This document shows, piece after piece, positions 12,611-25,305 of a stretch of 64,000 bases of DNA. The position numbers and the translations under genes were made by a program. The stretch comes from Mobula hypostoma. Its lineage: Eukaryota. The stretch spans positions 13,330,001 through 13,394,000 of the forward strand of contig NC_086097.1 of NCBI RefSeq assembly GCF_963921235.1. The letters run 5' to 3'. The notes beneath the pieces were generated by a model, which made no database searches, was not told where the DNA came from, and was given only the letters and a program-made list of their open reading frames with translations. Within the stretch, counting starts at the first letter, position 1; the number at the start of each line of letters is the position of its first letter.

Positions 12611-13812
12611 CAGTATTGTGCAAAAGTCCAAGGAAGCCCTAGATTTTTTAAATAGTTGCAGAAGATGTGGCTTCCAGAGAGCCCCGATCTCAACATCATC
12701 AGGAGCGTCTGGGATTACTTGGAAAGACAGAAGCAATTGAGACAGCCCAAGTCTGCAGATCTGTGACAGTTTCTCCAAGATGCTTGGAGACATTGATAGG
12801 ATGCAGGAGTGGGCTGAGAAGTGGCAGATGGAGTTCAACCCGGAGAAGTGTGAGCTGGTACACTTTGGAAGGACAAACTCCAAGGCAGAGTACAAAGTAA
12901 ATGGCAGGATACTTGGTTGTGTGGAGGAGCAGAGGGATCTCGGGGTACATGTCCACAGATCCCTGAAAGTTGCCTCACAGGTGGATAGGGTAGTTAAGAA
13001 AGCTTATGGGGTGTTAGCTTTCATAAGTCAAGGGATAGAGTTGATGCAGCTCTATAAAACTCTGGTTAGGCCACACTTGGAGTACTGTGTCCAGTTCTGG
13101 TCACCTCACTATAGGAAGGATGTGGAAGCATTGGAAAGGGTACAGCGGAGATTTACCAGGATGCTGCCTGGTTTAGAAAGTATGCATTATGATCAGAGAT
13201 TAAGGGAGCTAGGGCTTTACTCTTTGGAGAGAAGGAGGATGAGAGGAGACATGATAGAGGTGTACAAGATAATAAGAGGAATAGATAGAGTGGCTAGCCA
13301 GCGCCTCTTCCCCAGGGCACCACTGCTCAATACAAGAGGACATGGCTTTAAGCTAAGGGGTGGGAAGTTCAAGGGGGATATTAAAGCAAGGTTTTTTACT
13401 CAGAGAGTGGTTGGTGCGTGGAATGCACTGCCTGAGTCAGTGGTGGAGGCAGATACACTAGTGAAGTTTAAGAGACTACTAGACAGGTATATGGAGGAAT
13501 CTAAGGTGGGGGGTTATATGGGAGGCAGGGTTTGAGGGTCGGCACAACATTGTGGGCCGAAGGGCCTGTACTGTGCTGTACTATTCTATGTTCTAACCTA
13601 CCAGCTGACTTTCTTATATAACTGCACGGCAGTGCACCTAAAAGAAGTGATGCAGTTTGAAAGGCAAAGTGTGGTCCCACCAAGTACTGATTTGATTTAC
13701 TTTTTTTTTAACTGTTTACAGCTTTTTATAGTACTTCTCTTACATTAGTTTGAAAGCACCTTCGCTTCACAGAATTTTTTTTTCATGTTTCTAAGACTTT
13801 TGCACAGTACTC
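12611..13812 (+). mobile_element. Internally deleted Tc1-family transposon, split by a CR1 insertion
   Basis: TIRs cagtattgtgcaaaagtc / gacttttgcacagtactc; transposase C-terminus WLPESPDLNII..VWDYLE..QDAW resumes after the CR1 as NLPADFL..KAKCGPTKY. Confidence 0.8.
12789..13594 (+). mobile_element. CR1 LINE 3' fragment with an open RT C-terminal frame
   Basis: ORF 12780-13535 (WAEKWQMEFNPEKC, LVRPHLEYCVQFWSP, FFTQRVVGAWN); tail ctattctatgttct. Confidence 0.92.
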
Positions 13813-14234
13813 TACCTTTGATAAATAAATCTGAATCTAACAAGAAAGATGATATAAGAAATTTCCCTCATCTGAAGTAGTCATGGTTCAAAAACGTACA
13901 TTTCTTTGCAGAGTCTCTGGTACTTGGCTATGTTTTCAAAATCACAATATGTCCAGCCACAGATTGCTAAAACCTTCCAAACCAGGAGGGCAAAATTCAA
14001 TATCAGCACCCCATGTATACCGTTGGTCAGGGAAATGCAACTGTCCGTCAGCACCACCAAGCCCCTTTCGCCACAGAGGAACCTTTAGAACAAACAGGTG
14101 GCTTCATCATGGAATGTCGAGAGACTGCGGCCACTTATTTTGTTGGAACCATTGGTGGTGCTTGTCCATTGTATCCAACGATGACAGAAAAGTTTCAATC
14201 TCCCGTCCTTGGACTCACTTCACACCGCACGCTG

Positions 14235-14610
14235 TCGGAGCAGTGCTGCCAGGATAATCAAGGACACCCAGCCAACAATCTTTTCGTCCCTCTTCCCTCC
14301 GGGAGAAGGCTCAGGAGCTTGAAGACTCGTATGGCCAGATTTGGGAACAGCTTCTTTCCAACTGTGATAAGGCTGCTGAACGGATCCTGAGCCGGATCTG
14401 GGCCGTACCCTCCAAATATCCAGACCTGCCTCTTGGTTTTTTTGCACTACCGTACTTTCCATTTTTCTATTTTCTATTTATGATTTATAATTTAAATTTT
14501 TAATATTTACTATCGATTTGTCATCCAGGGAGCAGGAAGCGCAGAATCAAATATCGCTGTGATGATTGTACGTTCTAGTATCAATTGTTTGGCAACAATA
14601 AAGTATAAAG
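14235..14610 (+). mobile_element. Rex1/Babar-like 3' fragment
   Basis: HPANNLFVPLPSGRRLRSLKTRMARFGNSFFPTVIRLLN followed by a 3' UTR. Confidence 0.8.
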
Positions 14611-15953
14611 TTTTCAAAGTGGAGGAGTCATTGCACTGGAGTAGTTCCACTCTCTTGACCTCTGAAATCTTGGTCCAGTGGTACAAACAAACCGCGGTCT
14701 TCCTTGGTTGCAGTGGATGATCATGACGTCATATGTGCCTTGTCATGTCCTTCACTCCCCATGAAGCACTGCAGACCCGCCTTCCTAGCCCTTGGATCTC
14801 ACTGTAAATCTCATCCGCCCAGACCACTGATGCTGACAGTGCATGTTAAGGCAGGGGTTGGGTGGGGGGCGGTTGGATCCATTACAGATCAGGTTAAATC
14901 TGATCTGCAAGCTGTAAATATTCAACTGTTTTGCATTAACTTTCCCAAGCCAAAGAAGAAAAAAAAGGAGACACCTGCTGTTAATCATCAAAAATTTATT
15001 TGGCTAAGTGTTTAGGATGGCAATTTACCTATTTCAGCTATTAAAGCTGGCCTCTCATTTTAAATGTTGTCCAAATTGGTCTGATGTTTGCTTCAGTGAT
15101 TTTAAAATTGCTGGCGTTTCCAAGGCCTCCCTGCTTTATTCGCTTCAGATGCTGTGTATCTCAATGATCTGTAATTTAAAGTAAAACACCAAAAATAGAA
15201 AACGTAACATTCCAAAAAAATTAGAGCAAAAAAAATCTTAAAGTGTGCATGAATTGAGAGAGAGAGAGAGAGAGTGGAGAAAATGAAGCATTGCCTTCCC
15301 TCCCACAGCATTTACGTCTGCCCCCCCAACATACAGAGACTCACCCTCATAGACACAGAGACAAAACAAAATAAAATCAGTTAAACACAATCTCATACAA
15401 AAAATTTGACAATTGCTACATACAGACATAAAATGAACTTTGCCACTTCTGTAGTGGCAGAAGAAATTTAGAATGATTGTTTCCTTTACAGCATATGCCT
15501 CATTTCTGGCTGCAGTTGCACCATAATAAGCTTTTTGTTATTTTTTCAATTAGAGTCAATTGACCTAACAAAATGGTTGGCAATTAAGAGATTTTTTTTT
15601 GGTAATGGTCCTGGGCTAATTTAGTCAAGCTTGTCAGCTGTGCTTCATGAGGGTGATGCTTTTCTCCCTCTCGAGCATAATGGATCGTAATTTCAAAATC
15701 TTTTCCTCCTGCTTCCATTATAATAAGGCGCAATTACAGGAAGTAGTCAGAGGAAGGGCTTTTTTTTTAAACTTCTCTTTGCTTGCAAAAGTGCCTTTTG
15801 CGCGAGTTCATTACAGAAGGCAGTATTTGGATAGAAAATGCAGACTCCCATATCATTCTTTAACCACTCTCCCCTCAATAATTTAATGTATTATGGGAAA
15901 GCTAATGAAAACTGAAGGTAGCAAAGAGCCAACTGCATGTATATATATGTGTG

Positions 15954-15956
<3 letters not shown>

Positions 15957-15988
<32 letters not shown>
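15957..15988. repeat. (CA)n microsatellite
   Basis: Read directly from the sequence. Confidence 0.95.
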
Positions 15989-15991
<3 letters not shown>

Positions 15992-17405
15992 ATAGATACA
16001 ATATATAAATAACACTCAATATAAGCTTGTGAGTGCTTTATAATATGCGTTTCCTCATAACATGCTCGGGGAAAAATCTCTCTGCCTTACCTCTCTTGCT
16101 GTCACGTCAGGCTGTCCTTGTTGTACACTTTCATCATAAAAGCTGTTCCTCTGTCACTCACCCCCATCTGGATGTCTTTGTCATTGACCCCCAAGGAAAG
16201 TGGCCATTAGCCGTGCAGTAGAATTTGGTACCATAAATAATTCATGCCTGATGAATTTAATGAGGCAAGATCCTGCGGAAAGTTTGATACTGCATAGTTA
16301 CATGGTGTAAATCTCGGCCCTTCTCCAAAGGCACCACCCAATTTTCCCTCCTTGCCAGCATCACCACCCCACCCCCTCCGTCCCAGCTGCACGGCAGCAA
16401 GCAAATCAGTTTCATCTTTTCATGGGGGTGGGGTGGAATGTGGTCATTTTTAGCGGCGAGGAGTCGTACGGGTGGAGGTGTGTGGATTTCTATGAGCTTC
16501 TTCGACTTAATGCTTTAACCACATTCTATTTCTTCTCATCCAGATGAAGGATCTCAGCTTGAAATGCCAACAGTCCATTTCCCTCCACAAAGGCTACCTG
16601 ATCCACCAGCAGTTCGTTTTCAGTTCCTTTCTCTTGTGTCTCCTTTCTATACTTCCTTCTTCGTTGAAATGACTCTTTACATAAATATCGAGCAGACCAT
16701 CTGGCAAGTAGATTCTGGACAACCCAGGTTAGCTCTTTGACCGGAACCTCATCACAGTCCTGCTTCCACTTCCCATTCAATGAGCACCTAACATAGTGCT
16801 CACCTTTGTCCCCTCTTGGCTAATTAACTGGACTGTTGTACGTACTGTGTTGTGCACCTTGGTCCTGAGGAACATTGTTTCATTTGGTGGTGAATGACAA
16901 TAAACTTGAACTTGACTTGACTTCAAACCGTGCTGTACAATTCCCTCTATAAGACTGAGATATGATGGCCAAACAGCACACACGTTCTCACGGAATACAG
17001 TCAGCTGTGACCCAGCAGCAGATGGATGAGGGAAGTTGGCAGAAGTGGAACATAGTTGTCAGTAGATGTTTGGATTAGGACAAAGACCAACAGCATTTGT
17101 ACAGTGAGGTCAAAACATATTCACTTTGATGTCTTTATTTTGTTTGAGTTGATTTTGTGTTTGCTTCATGTGTTCCACATCAAACGTCAAGACAATCCCA
17201 CACAGACCATTATCTTGTTTAGCACTGCAGTACAAGGTACAAAGGGGATCCGACTGCACTTTAAGCCTTTAGCTCAATCCTGCAGCTATTAAACACACCT
17301 AAAGGTCACTAACCTACCCCTCTCCAAATCCCAGTGAGGTAACCATGCTCTCCTGTGTTGTTTAACCCTTTACTTAAACACTAATGCCAGGTAATTTAAT
17401 GATTG

Positions 17406-17875
17406 ATGAATAAACTCTTCTTGGCTTCCAGCCAGATACAGATATTGACTTTAACTAACATTTCAGAATCAAAATCAGCTTTATTATTTGATGACAAACT
17501 CTGCCGTCTTCACCAGGGATGACGCCTAGGCATGTCTAGTCCGGTGGCATAGCTGCCCCCATTGTCCATCCTTCCTAATTGGTTAGTCCTCAACCAATCA
17601 GGTTTCTGTTTTCCCATCTTGTTTATAATCAAATTCCAGTTCCTACTTAGAGCAAGACCTTCACCTTGCTTAAAATTCTTTTTCTCTAATTTTATTTTGA
17701 TGGCTTCCTTCAGCCGACGGTTCCAAAAGCCACTGGCGCGGCCCAGTGCTTCTATGCTGTCAAAGTCATTCGTACGGTTATTGTGAACGCAATGATCTGC
17801 TACCGCTGATTTCTCCAGATAACCCAAACGAATACACCTCCTGCGCTCCTTGATGTGGGTTTCCACCGTGCGCCC
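17406..17875 (-). mobile_element. Penelope-like element 3' fragment (GIY-YIG C-terminus and an interrupted hammerhead)
   Basis: ETHIKERRRCIRLG..KSAVADHC..KEAIKIK..NFKQGEG; 3' end homologous to 56627-56908. Confidence 0.8.
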
Positions 17876-18618
17876 CGCTTGTGATTGATGTTGGTAAAGT
17901 TATCAACAGATCTACAGCTAACGTCAAATAACCATACACTGGGTGAGATCAGGTCAGATTCAGATTCACTTATTTATCCAATATACATAAAAACAAGTGT
18001 GTCATTTGCATAACAACCAACACAACCTAAAGATCTTCTGGGGGAAGCCTGTAAGTGTCACCACATTCCTGGCATCGACATAGCATGCCCACATGCTCGG
18101 CAGTGCAACGCAGAACACAGCAAGCAACAAAGCAACAGCAGCAAAACAAACTTATTCCTCCCTCGTACCCCCGCCCCCAATGTAGACAGTCTTCCAGCCC
18201 CAGGACAGGGCTCTGGCCTTCAACAGACAGTGGGCTTCTACCTTTCCCAGTAGACATCAGACTTGTAGGCCCGAATCACCCAAATTCACCTTCACCAAAT
18301 AACAAGCATGCAGCAATCACCACAATCTGTCACCCTTCAGCCCCACAAATGGAATGTTTGTATCTGTGTTTGCCAGGCAATTGGAATTCACTATCGCACA
18401 ATTTATGCCCAATTAACTTCATCTGGAGAGTGGCCATTTGGCTGAGGGGCTGAAGGTAGAGAATATTGGAGAAGCTCATTCCAACTGAGGAGTTGGTACC
18501 TTCACAGTAAGAGGTAAGGGGTGTGGTTTATGCCTGGGAGCTTATTTAAAGCGACATCAGGTTCAACAGCAATGACTTAAGTCTCCTTGGAAAAAAGATC
18601 TGTAACTGGAGACAGAAA

Positions 18619-18673
18619 CACCCTGGCCATTTTATTAGGTACAGGAGGGACCTAAAAAAGTGGCCACTGAGTG
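18619..18673. mobile_element. 55-bp Tc1-type mini-MITE
   Basis: tggccattttattaggt / acctaaaaaagtggccactgagtg inverted arms; TA on the right flank; same TIR family as 33579. Confidence 0.65.
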
Positions 18674-19437
18674 TAGATTGGTGGAAAAATTAGATGGCAA
18701 GGGAGGAAAAATTATTTCATTCAAAGTGTGGTAGGACTTTTGAATTTGCTTCGTGAAAGGGCAGTGGAGGTGAAAAAAAAGGAACATGAAGTACCTGTAT
18801 GAGTACGAAAGATCCATAACCTGCAGGTCTGTGGACCTCTGGCTGGGAAGTGGCAATGACCATTTTCACCTGATCTCCAAAGTGTGACTTACTCTTTGAC
18901 CGATTGAGATGCTAAACTAATTTGAGCTTAGTCCTGAAGAAAGATCTCAACCTTACATGTTACCTGTTTATTCATTTCCATAGATGCTGCCTGACCTGCT
19001 GAGTTCCTCCATCATTTTGTGTGTGTTAATCTGATTTTATTCAATTTTGTTAGACTTATTGAATACTGATTTGGTCATTGTTTCCTTTCTTCTCTCTCTC
19101 CCTCTCTCTCTTCAGCACATCCTCAGACAGTATTAGTCGCCGACGCCGACGACAGGTTTCCCTGTATGTTTTGATGTATCAATGAAAAATAAAGCTTTTC
19201 TTTAATTGGAGGACAAAAAAAAGGTGTGTGCATCTATGGTTGAACAGCAGGGACACTGGCTATCCTTTCAATGCATAATAACACACACAAAGTGCAAGAG
19301 GAACACAGCAGGTCAGGCAGTAGCTATGAAAATGAATAAGCAATCAACACTTCAGCCTGAGACCCCTCATCAGGACTGAAAAGGAAGGGTGAAAACTTTA
19401 GAATAAAAGGTGGGAGGAGGGGAAAGACAACAGCTTA

Positions 19438-21063
19438 TTGTGCCTATAAAAAGTATTCACCCCCCCACCCACCGGATGGGTTTTATTGTTTTACAACATT
19501 GAATCACAGTGGATTTAATTTGGCTTTTTTAAATACTGATCAACAGAAAAAGACTTTTTCATGTCAAAATGAAAACAGATCTCTACAAAGTTATCTAAAT
19601 TAATTACAAATATAAAACACAAAATAATTGATTGCTTAAGTATTCACCCCCTTTAATACGACACACCAAATCATCCCTGGACAGCCAATTGTCTTTAGAA
19701 GTCACATTTTTAGTTAAGTGGAGATCTGTTTTTGGAGACCTGTGCACAGTCAAGGTGTTTCAATTGATTGTAGTAAAAATACACCTGTATCTGGGAATTC
19801 CAACTGCTGGTGAGTCTGTGTCCTGCCAAAAACTACACCATGAAGACAAAAGAACACTCCAAGCGACTCCGCAAAAAGGTTATTGAAAAGCACAAGTCAG
19901 AAGATGGATACAAGAAAATTTCCAAGTCACTGAATAGTCCTTGCAGTACAGTTAAGTCAATCATCAAAAAATAGAAAGCATATGGCACGGCTGTAAATCT
20001 GCCTAGAGAAATCCAACCTCAAAAACTGAGTGACTGTGCAAGAAGGGGACTAGTGAGGGAGGTCACCAGGAGACCTATGACAACTGTAGAGGAGTTACAA
20101 GCTACAGTCTCAGAGATGGAAGAGACTGCACATAAAACTACTATTGCTCGGTTGTTTCACCAGTTGCATCTTTATGGGAGAATGACAAAGAGAAAACCCA
20201 GTTGAAAAACTCACATAAAATCTCAGCTCAGGTTCACCAGAAGGCATGTGGAAGACCCTGAAGTCAGCTGGCAGAAGGTTCTATGGTCTGATGCAACCAA
20301 AATTGAGCTTTTTGGCCATCAGTCTAAATGCTACGTCTGGCGTAATCCAAATATCACATATCATTATAAACACACCATCCCTACCATGAAGCATGGTGGT
20401 GGCTGCATCATGCTGTGGGGATGCTTCAGTGCAGCAGGTCCTGGAAGGCTTGTGAAAAATGAATAGAGCAAAGTACAGGGAAATCCTGGAGGAAAATCTG
20501 ATGCAATCCGCAAGAGAACTGAGACTTGGAAAAAAAAATTGTTTTCCAGCAAGACAATGACCCCAAGCATAAAAGCCAAAGCTACACAGGAATGGCTTAA
20601 AAACAACAAAGTTATTGTCCTGGAGTGGTCAAGTCAAGAGTCCAGACCTTAGTCCAATTCAGAATTTGTGGCTGGACTTGAAAAGGGCTGATCACTCATG
20701 ATCCCCATGCAATCTGACAGAGTTTGAGCAGTTTTGCAAAGAAGATTGGGGAAAAATTGCAGTGTCCAGATATGCAAAGCTGATAGAGACCTATCCACAC
20801 AGACTCAAGTCTGTAATTGTTGCCAAAGGTGTATCTACAAATACTGACTTGAAGGGGGGTGAATATTTATGTGATCAATTATTTTGTGTTTTATATTTGT
20901 AATTGATTTTGATCACTTTGTAGAGATCTGTTTTCAATTTGACGGAAAGAGTATTTTTCTGTTGATCAGTGTCAAGAAAGCCAAATTAAATCCACTGTGA
21001 TTCAATGTAAAACAATAAAACATGAAAACTTGCAAGGGGAGTGAATGCTTTTTATATGCACTG
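19438..21063 (+). mobile_element. Full-length decayed Tc1 transposon with ~215-bp IR/DR-type TIRs
   Basis: Long inverted termini, each with two aagtattcacccc-like direct repeats; TA at 19436-19437 and 21064-21065; inserted in a Penelope-like 3' UTR. Confidence 0.92.
19840..20847 (+). pseudogene. Tc1-family DDE transposase pseudogene
   Basis: MKTKEHSKRLRKKVIEKHKS..GYKKISKSL; VLWSDATKIELFG; KHGGGCIMLWGCF; FQQDNDPKH; SPDLSPIQNLW; contains stops and frameshifts. Confidence 0.9.
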
Positions 21064-22418
21064 TATAAGGTGAAAGGTGAAACCAGGTTGGTGGCAAAGG
21101 TAAAGGGCTGGAGAGGAAGGAATCTGATAGGAGGGGACAGTGAAACGAAAAGTGGAGGGTCACAAGGGGGAGATGATAGGCAGGTCAGGAGAAGAGGTAA
21201 GAAGCCAGAGTTGGGAATAGAAGAAGAGAGGTGGGAGGGGAAAAGGAAAAAAAGAGGAAAAAACACATTACCAGACACAATGCATGATGATGGCAGGTCA
21301 TCTAATCACCGGCTTGAGAATCGCTCCTCTATTCTGTGAAGTTTTCATGGCTGATGGAATTTCATTAGCACCCATCCCTAAACTGTATTAGTGCCCTTAA
21401 ATGTGATAGACCTCAAAATTAGAAAAGCCTGAAGATGGAGGAGATCTCCGTTCAGTACGGTAGCGTGATGTACTGAATAGATTGTAGGCTAGACCCTCTC
21501 TATCAGGCTGTCATTGAAAGCCATACACAAATGCGCATTACCATGAGAGACATGTCATAGACAAAGAGTTTCATAAGGTTTCTCTATTAGTAATGCAGCC
21601 ATTAATAATGTGTGTTTTATCAGGGATTGCAGTACATCAGATTGTGTTAAGGTGAGGGGCTAGTGTATTATGACAAGGAATTGAAATAATCAGCTTGTTT
21701 TAATGAGTATGAGAGTATAGTGAGGTTGACATCAAAATTGATAGTGCACCTCATAGCAGTTAAATCCAGTCTAGTTATGCTTGCTTGCAGTCATAATAGT
21801 GTGTCTTTCAGTGCTCTCTGGTCATAAGCCAATCATCCAATTAATTTGAAAAAAATAACAAGGCTCAGGGTTTCGTCATTTCTCAACCCGAGCCCCTTAG
21901 CCCCACTGACACTGTTTTCCCTTTATCAGAAATTCTCCTTGGTCAAGAGATCAAGTGGGAAACCTCCTCTCAGACCCCAATCGCAACCTCCCAGTCGGCG
22001 TCCAAGCGGAAACGTGCTGATGTGATCGGGGTCAGCTTCTGCTCTGATTCCCCTCTTTGCCACCTCCTCCTCTTTCCTCCCTCCCTGCTTAAGATTCAAG
22101 ATTGTTTAAAGTCATTGCCAGGACAAAAGCGTAAAGGAGAACAAAATAATTGTTATTCCGTATGCGATGGAACACAACAAAAACACACTGAGCTAAAGAG
22201 CACAATAATAAGTAAATGCAATAAATATAAATATGTAAGGTATACTTAGATTGGTTGTATGTCCATAAAGTGACACCAGGCACAGGAGTGTCTACATAAG
22301 GTGACTCTGACAGGAAATGATAAAGTAGTAGTGGTTAAATGGGCTAGTCGGTAGAATTGTTGATCAGCCTTACTGCTTGGGGAAGGTAACTGTTATTGAG
22401 TCTGGCGATCCTGGCATG

Positions 22419-22729
22419 TGTTGGTGTATGGCCAAGTGGTTAAGGCATTCGTCTAGTGATCTGAAGGTCGCTAGTTCAATCCTTGGTTGAGCCAGCGTGT
22501 GTGTCCTTGAGCAAGGCACTTAACCACACATTGCTCTGCGACGACACCAGTGCCAAGCTGTATGGGTCCTAATGTCCTTCCCTTGGACAACATCGGTGTC
22601 ATGGAGAGGGGAGACTTGCAGTATGGGCAACTGCTTGTCTTCCATATAACCTTGCCCAGGTCTGTGCCCTGGAAACCTTACAAGGTGCAAATCCATGGTT
22701 TCATGAGACTAACGGATGCCTATATATGT
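22419..22729 (+). mobile_element. tRNA-headed CORE-like SINE with a 12-bp TSD, inside a Rex1-like fragment (22088-22810, minus strand)
   Basis: GATCCTGGCATG at 22407-22418 and 22730-22741; A box tggccaagtgg, B box gttcaatcc. Confidence 0.85.
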
Positions 22730-23120
22730 GATCCTGGCATGGAGATTACATAGCCTCCTCTCTGATGGGAGGGGGACAAACAGTCCGTGAGCAGGGTGGG
22801 AGGGATCCTTCAGCACACGCCTGCATTTCACTCATTTCACTAGTCTTTGTGGGGGTCCAAAGCTGGAAAAGGGTTTGCATTATGGTGGAGTGGATCACAA
22901 AAGACCCAGTCTGTAATGGAAGTCATTATAAATAATATCACAAACTGCTTTAAGTTCAAACTAAATCCTACAAAAGATGGTAAAAACCACCAAGGGGATT
23001 ACTTGCCCTGATTTGTGACATATACTGGAAGTGATGTATACGAATTGTCCAAAACATTGCTGAGAATCCGTACCAACTATCCCACAACTTATTGGATACA
23101 CTGCCATCAGGAAGGACGTA

Positions 23121-23630
23121 TAATAGTCATAGTCATAGTCATACTTTTATTGATCCCAAGGGAAATTGGTTTTCGTTACAGTTGCACCATAAATAATAAA
23201 TAGTAATAGAACCATAAGTAGTTAAATAGTAATATGTAAATTATGCCAGTAAATTATGAAATAAGTCCAGGACCAGCCTATCGGCACAGGGTGTCTGACC
23301 CTCCAAGGGAGGAGTTGTAAAGTTTGATGGCCACAGGTAGGGATGACTTCCTATGACGCTCTGTGCTGCATCTCGGTGGAAAGAGTCTCTGGCTGAATGT
23401 ACTCCTGTGCCCACTCAATACATTGTGTAGTGGATGGGAGACATTGACCAAGATGGCATGCAACTTGGACAGCATCCTCTTTTCAGACACCACCGTCAGA
23501 GAGTCTAGGTCCATCCCCACAACATCACTGGCCTTACGGATGAGTTTGTTCATTCTGTTGGTGTCCATTACCCTCAGCCTGCTGCCCCAGCACACAACAG
23601 CAAACATGATAGCACTGGCCACCACAGACT
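23121..23630 (-). mobile_element. Rex1/Babar-like 3' fragment nested in another Rex1-like fragment
   Basis: ORF VASAIMFAVVCWG...HPLH...ERHRKSSLPVAIKLYN; (ATGACT)n tail; CGTA on both flanks. Confidence 0.8.
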
Positions 23631-24130
23631 CGTAGCAGGTCTCAGGATTAGGACTGCCAGTCAGAGTAACAGTCCTTCCCCCAGGCTATGAAACTAATGA
23701 ATACCCTGCCACCATCAACATCTGATCACTAGGGAAGTAAACTGTTTACTGTTTATTGCACATGACATGCACTTTGAAATATATTTTGTTAAGCTCTTTG
23801 TTTTATGTGCAGTGTGTGATATATGTTTTTTGGTACACTGTGGTCCTGAGGAACATTGTTTCATTTGGTTGCATGTCTGTACAGTCAGATGACAATAAAC
23901 TTGAATTTGAAACTCAAAATCAAGTGTCAGAGACCTGAAATAGACAGATCGTCATTCTTGTCAGGTGACTGTATATAGCCTGTGCTTTTGCACCAACTTT
24001 TTTACCTACCTTATTAAATATAACGTGAATCATTCATAAGGATGTGTAGGACTGGTCCACGATCACGTCTACTCAATGCGGACCAGTATCTTCTAAGAGT
24101 CCTAAAATAGACAAGAAACACCTTAGCGAC

Positions 24131-24362
24131 ATACACAAACTCCTGGGGGAGCTCAGCAGGTCAGGCACCATCTATGGAGAGGAATAAAGAGTAAAGTACT
24201 GAGAATTTGGGCCGAGACCCTTCATCAGGACAGACCGAACACCTTGGCCTGAAATGTTGGCTTTTTATTCCTCTACATAGACATTGCCTGACCAGCTGAG
24301 TTCCTCCAGCACTTTGAGTGAGTTACTCTGGATTTCTAGCCTCTGCAAAGTCTCTTCTGTTT
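24131..24362. mobile_element. Head-to-head inverted pair of Penelope-like 3' ends
   Basis: Left arm gctcagcaggtcaggca..ggaataaa..ggccgagacccttcatcagga; right arm ttggcctgaaatgttgg..tttattcct..tgcctgaccagctgagttcc. Confidence 0.7.
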
Positions 24363-25305
24363 ATATTAAACCTTTTTTTTTATATTTGGAAAGAGTTTAA
24401 TCTTGGTGTTAGGTAGACACAATATATGACTGAATAAAAACCTTTATCTCATACCCCTATCAACCTCCTAACATCTTGGCAAATTGTGATTGCTGGCCTT
24501 AGATTCCTGTCTTTTCAGATTATGAGTCAAATGGCTGAAAATCTCAATTTTCCTGAAAGGACATGAACATTCAATTTTAGGTTTATTGGTGGACAGGTTC
24601 GGGGAGCATGGATTTAAATAATAACGGATGCTTTCGTAGCAAATATCCAGTACTAACACAAACAAGGCCTTAGAATAAATGAATTGTTGAGTGCAGAAGG
24701 AACTGCACAAAGGCAGGGAAAAATGAACAGAAGCCTTTTTTACATAATGTAGTGTAGCTGAGGCGTCATTATTGAATTTCAGCTGCTCATCACTGTTGCG
24801 TGAATGTGATTTTGCAAGATTATTCGGCACCCATCTAACACCATCAACAATGCATTGCCAGGAATTTATACTTGGAAGAAAAATTGTGTTATGAAAAGGG
24901 AAGGAATTAAAAGGGAAATGTTTGGAAATAAATTCTATGGCACTAATTAACTGGAAGGTCGTTCAGAACATATGTGTCCTATTTAAAGGAAAACTGATGT
25001 CCAAATATAATTATGGGAGAGATGAAAGCATGAAGGTCAGGGCTCTGTATCTACTTGTTTTCCTTCAGTTTCTCTACAAATACTTCACTGTCAAACAACC
25101 TTCATCCTCCAGCTGTAAGTTTACATTCATCTGATTCTCCATGGGCACCATTCACACTGTTCTCTATTAGGAGAAAGGAGAGGGTGGTGGTGGTGTGTTT
25201 GCACAGTGACTGTGGCCTCTGGGGTAGTGCTGTAGTTCCTGAGATGAAATGTAAAACAATGACAAATGGGGAGAGGGAGTAGGACTGACTTGGTATGTGT
25301 AGAAG

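Noticed and set aside
13883..14390. Overlapping 124-aa and 125-aa ORFs
   Set aside because: Only the distal part is explained (Rex1-like C-terminus); the rest shows no coding signal.
22419..22495. tRNA-like sequence
   Set aside because: It is the head of a TSD-flanked SINE and lacks a proper cloverleaf; not a tRNA gene.
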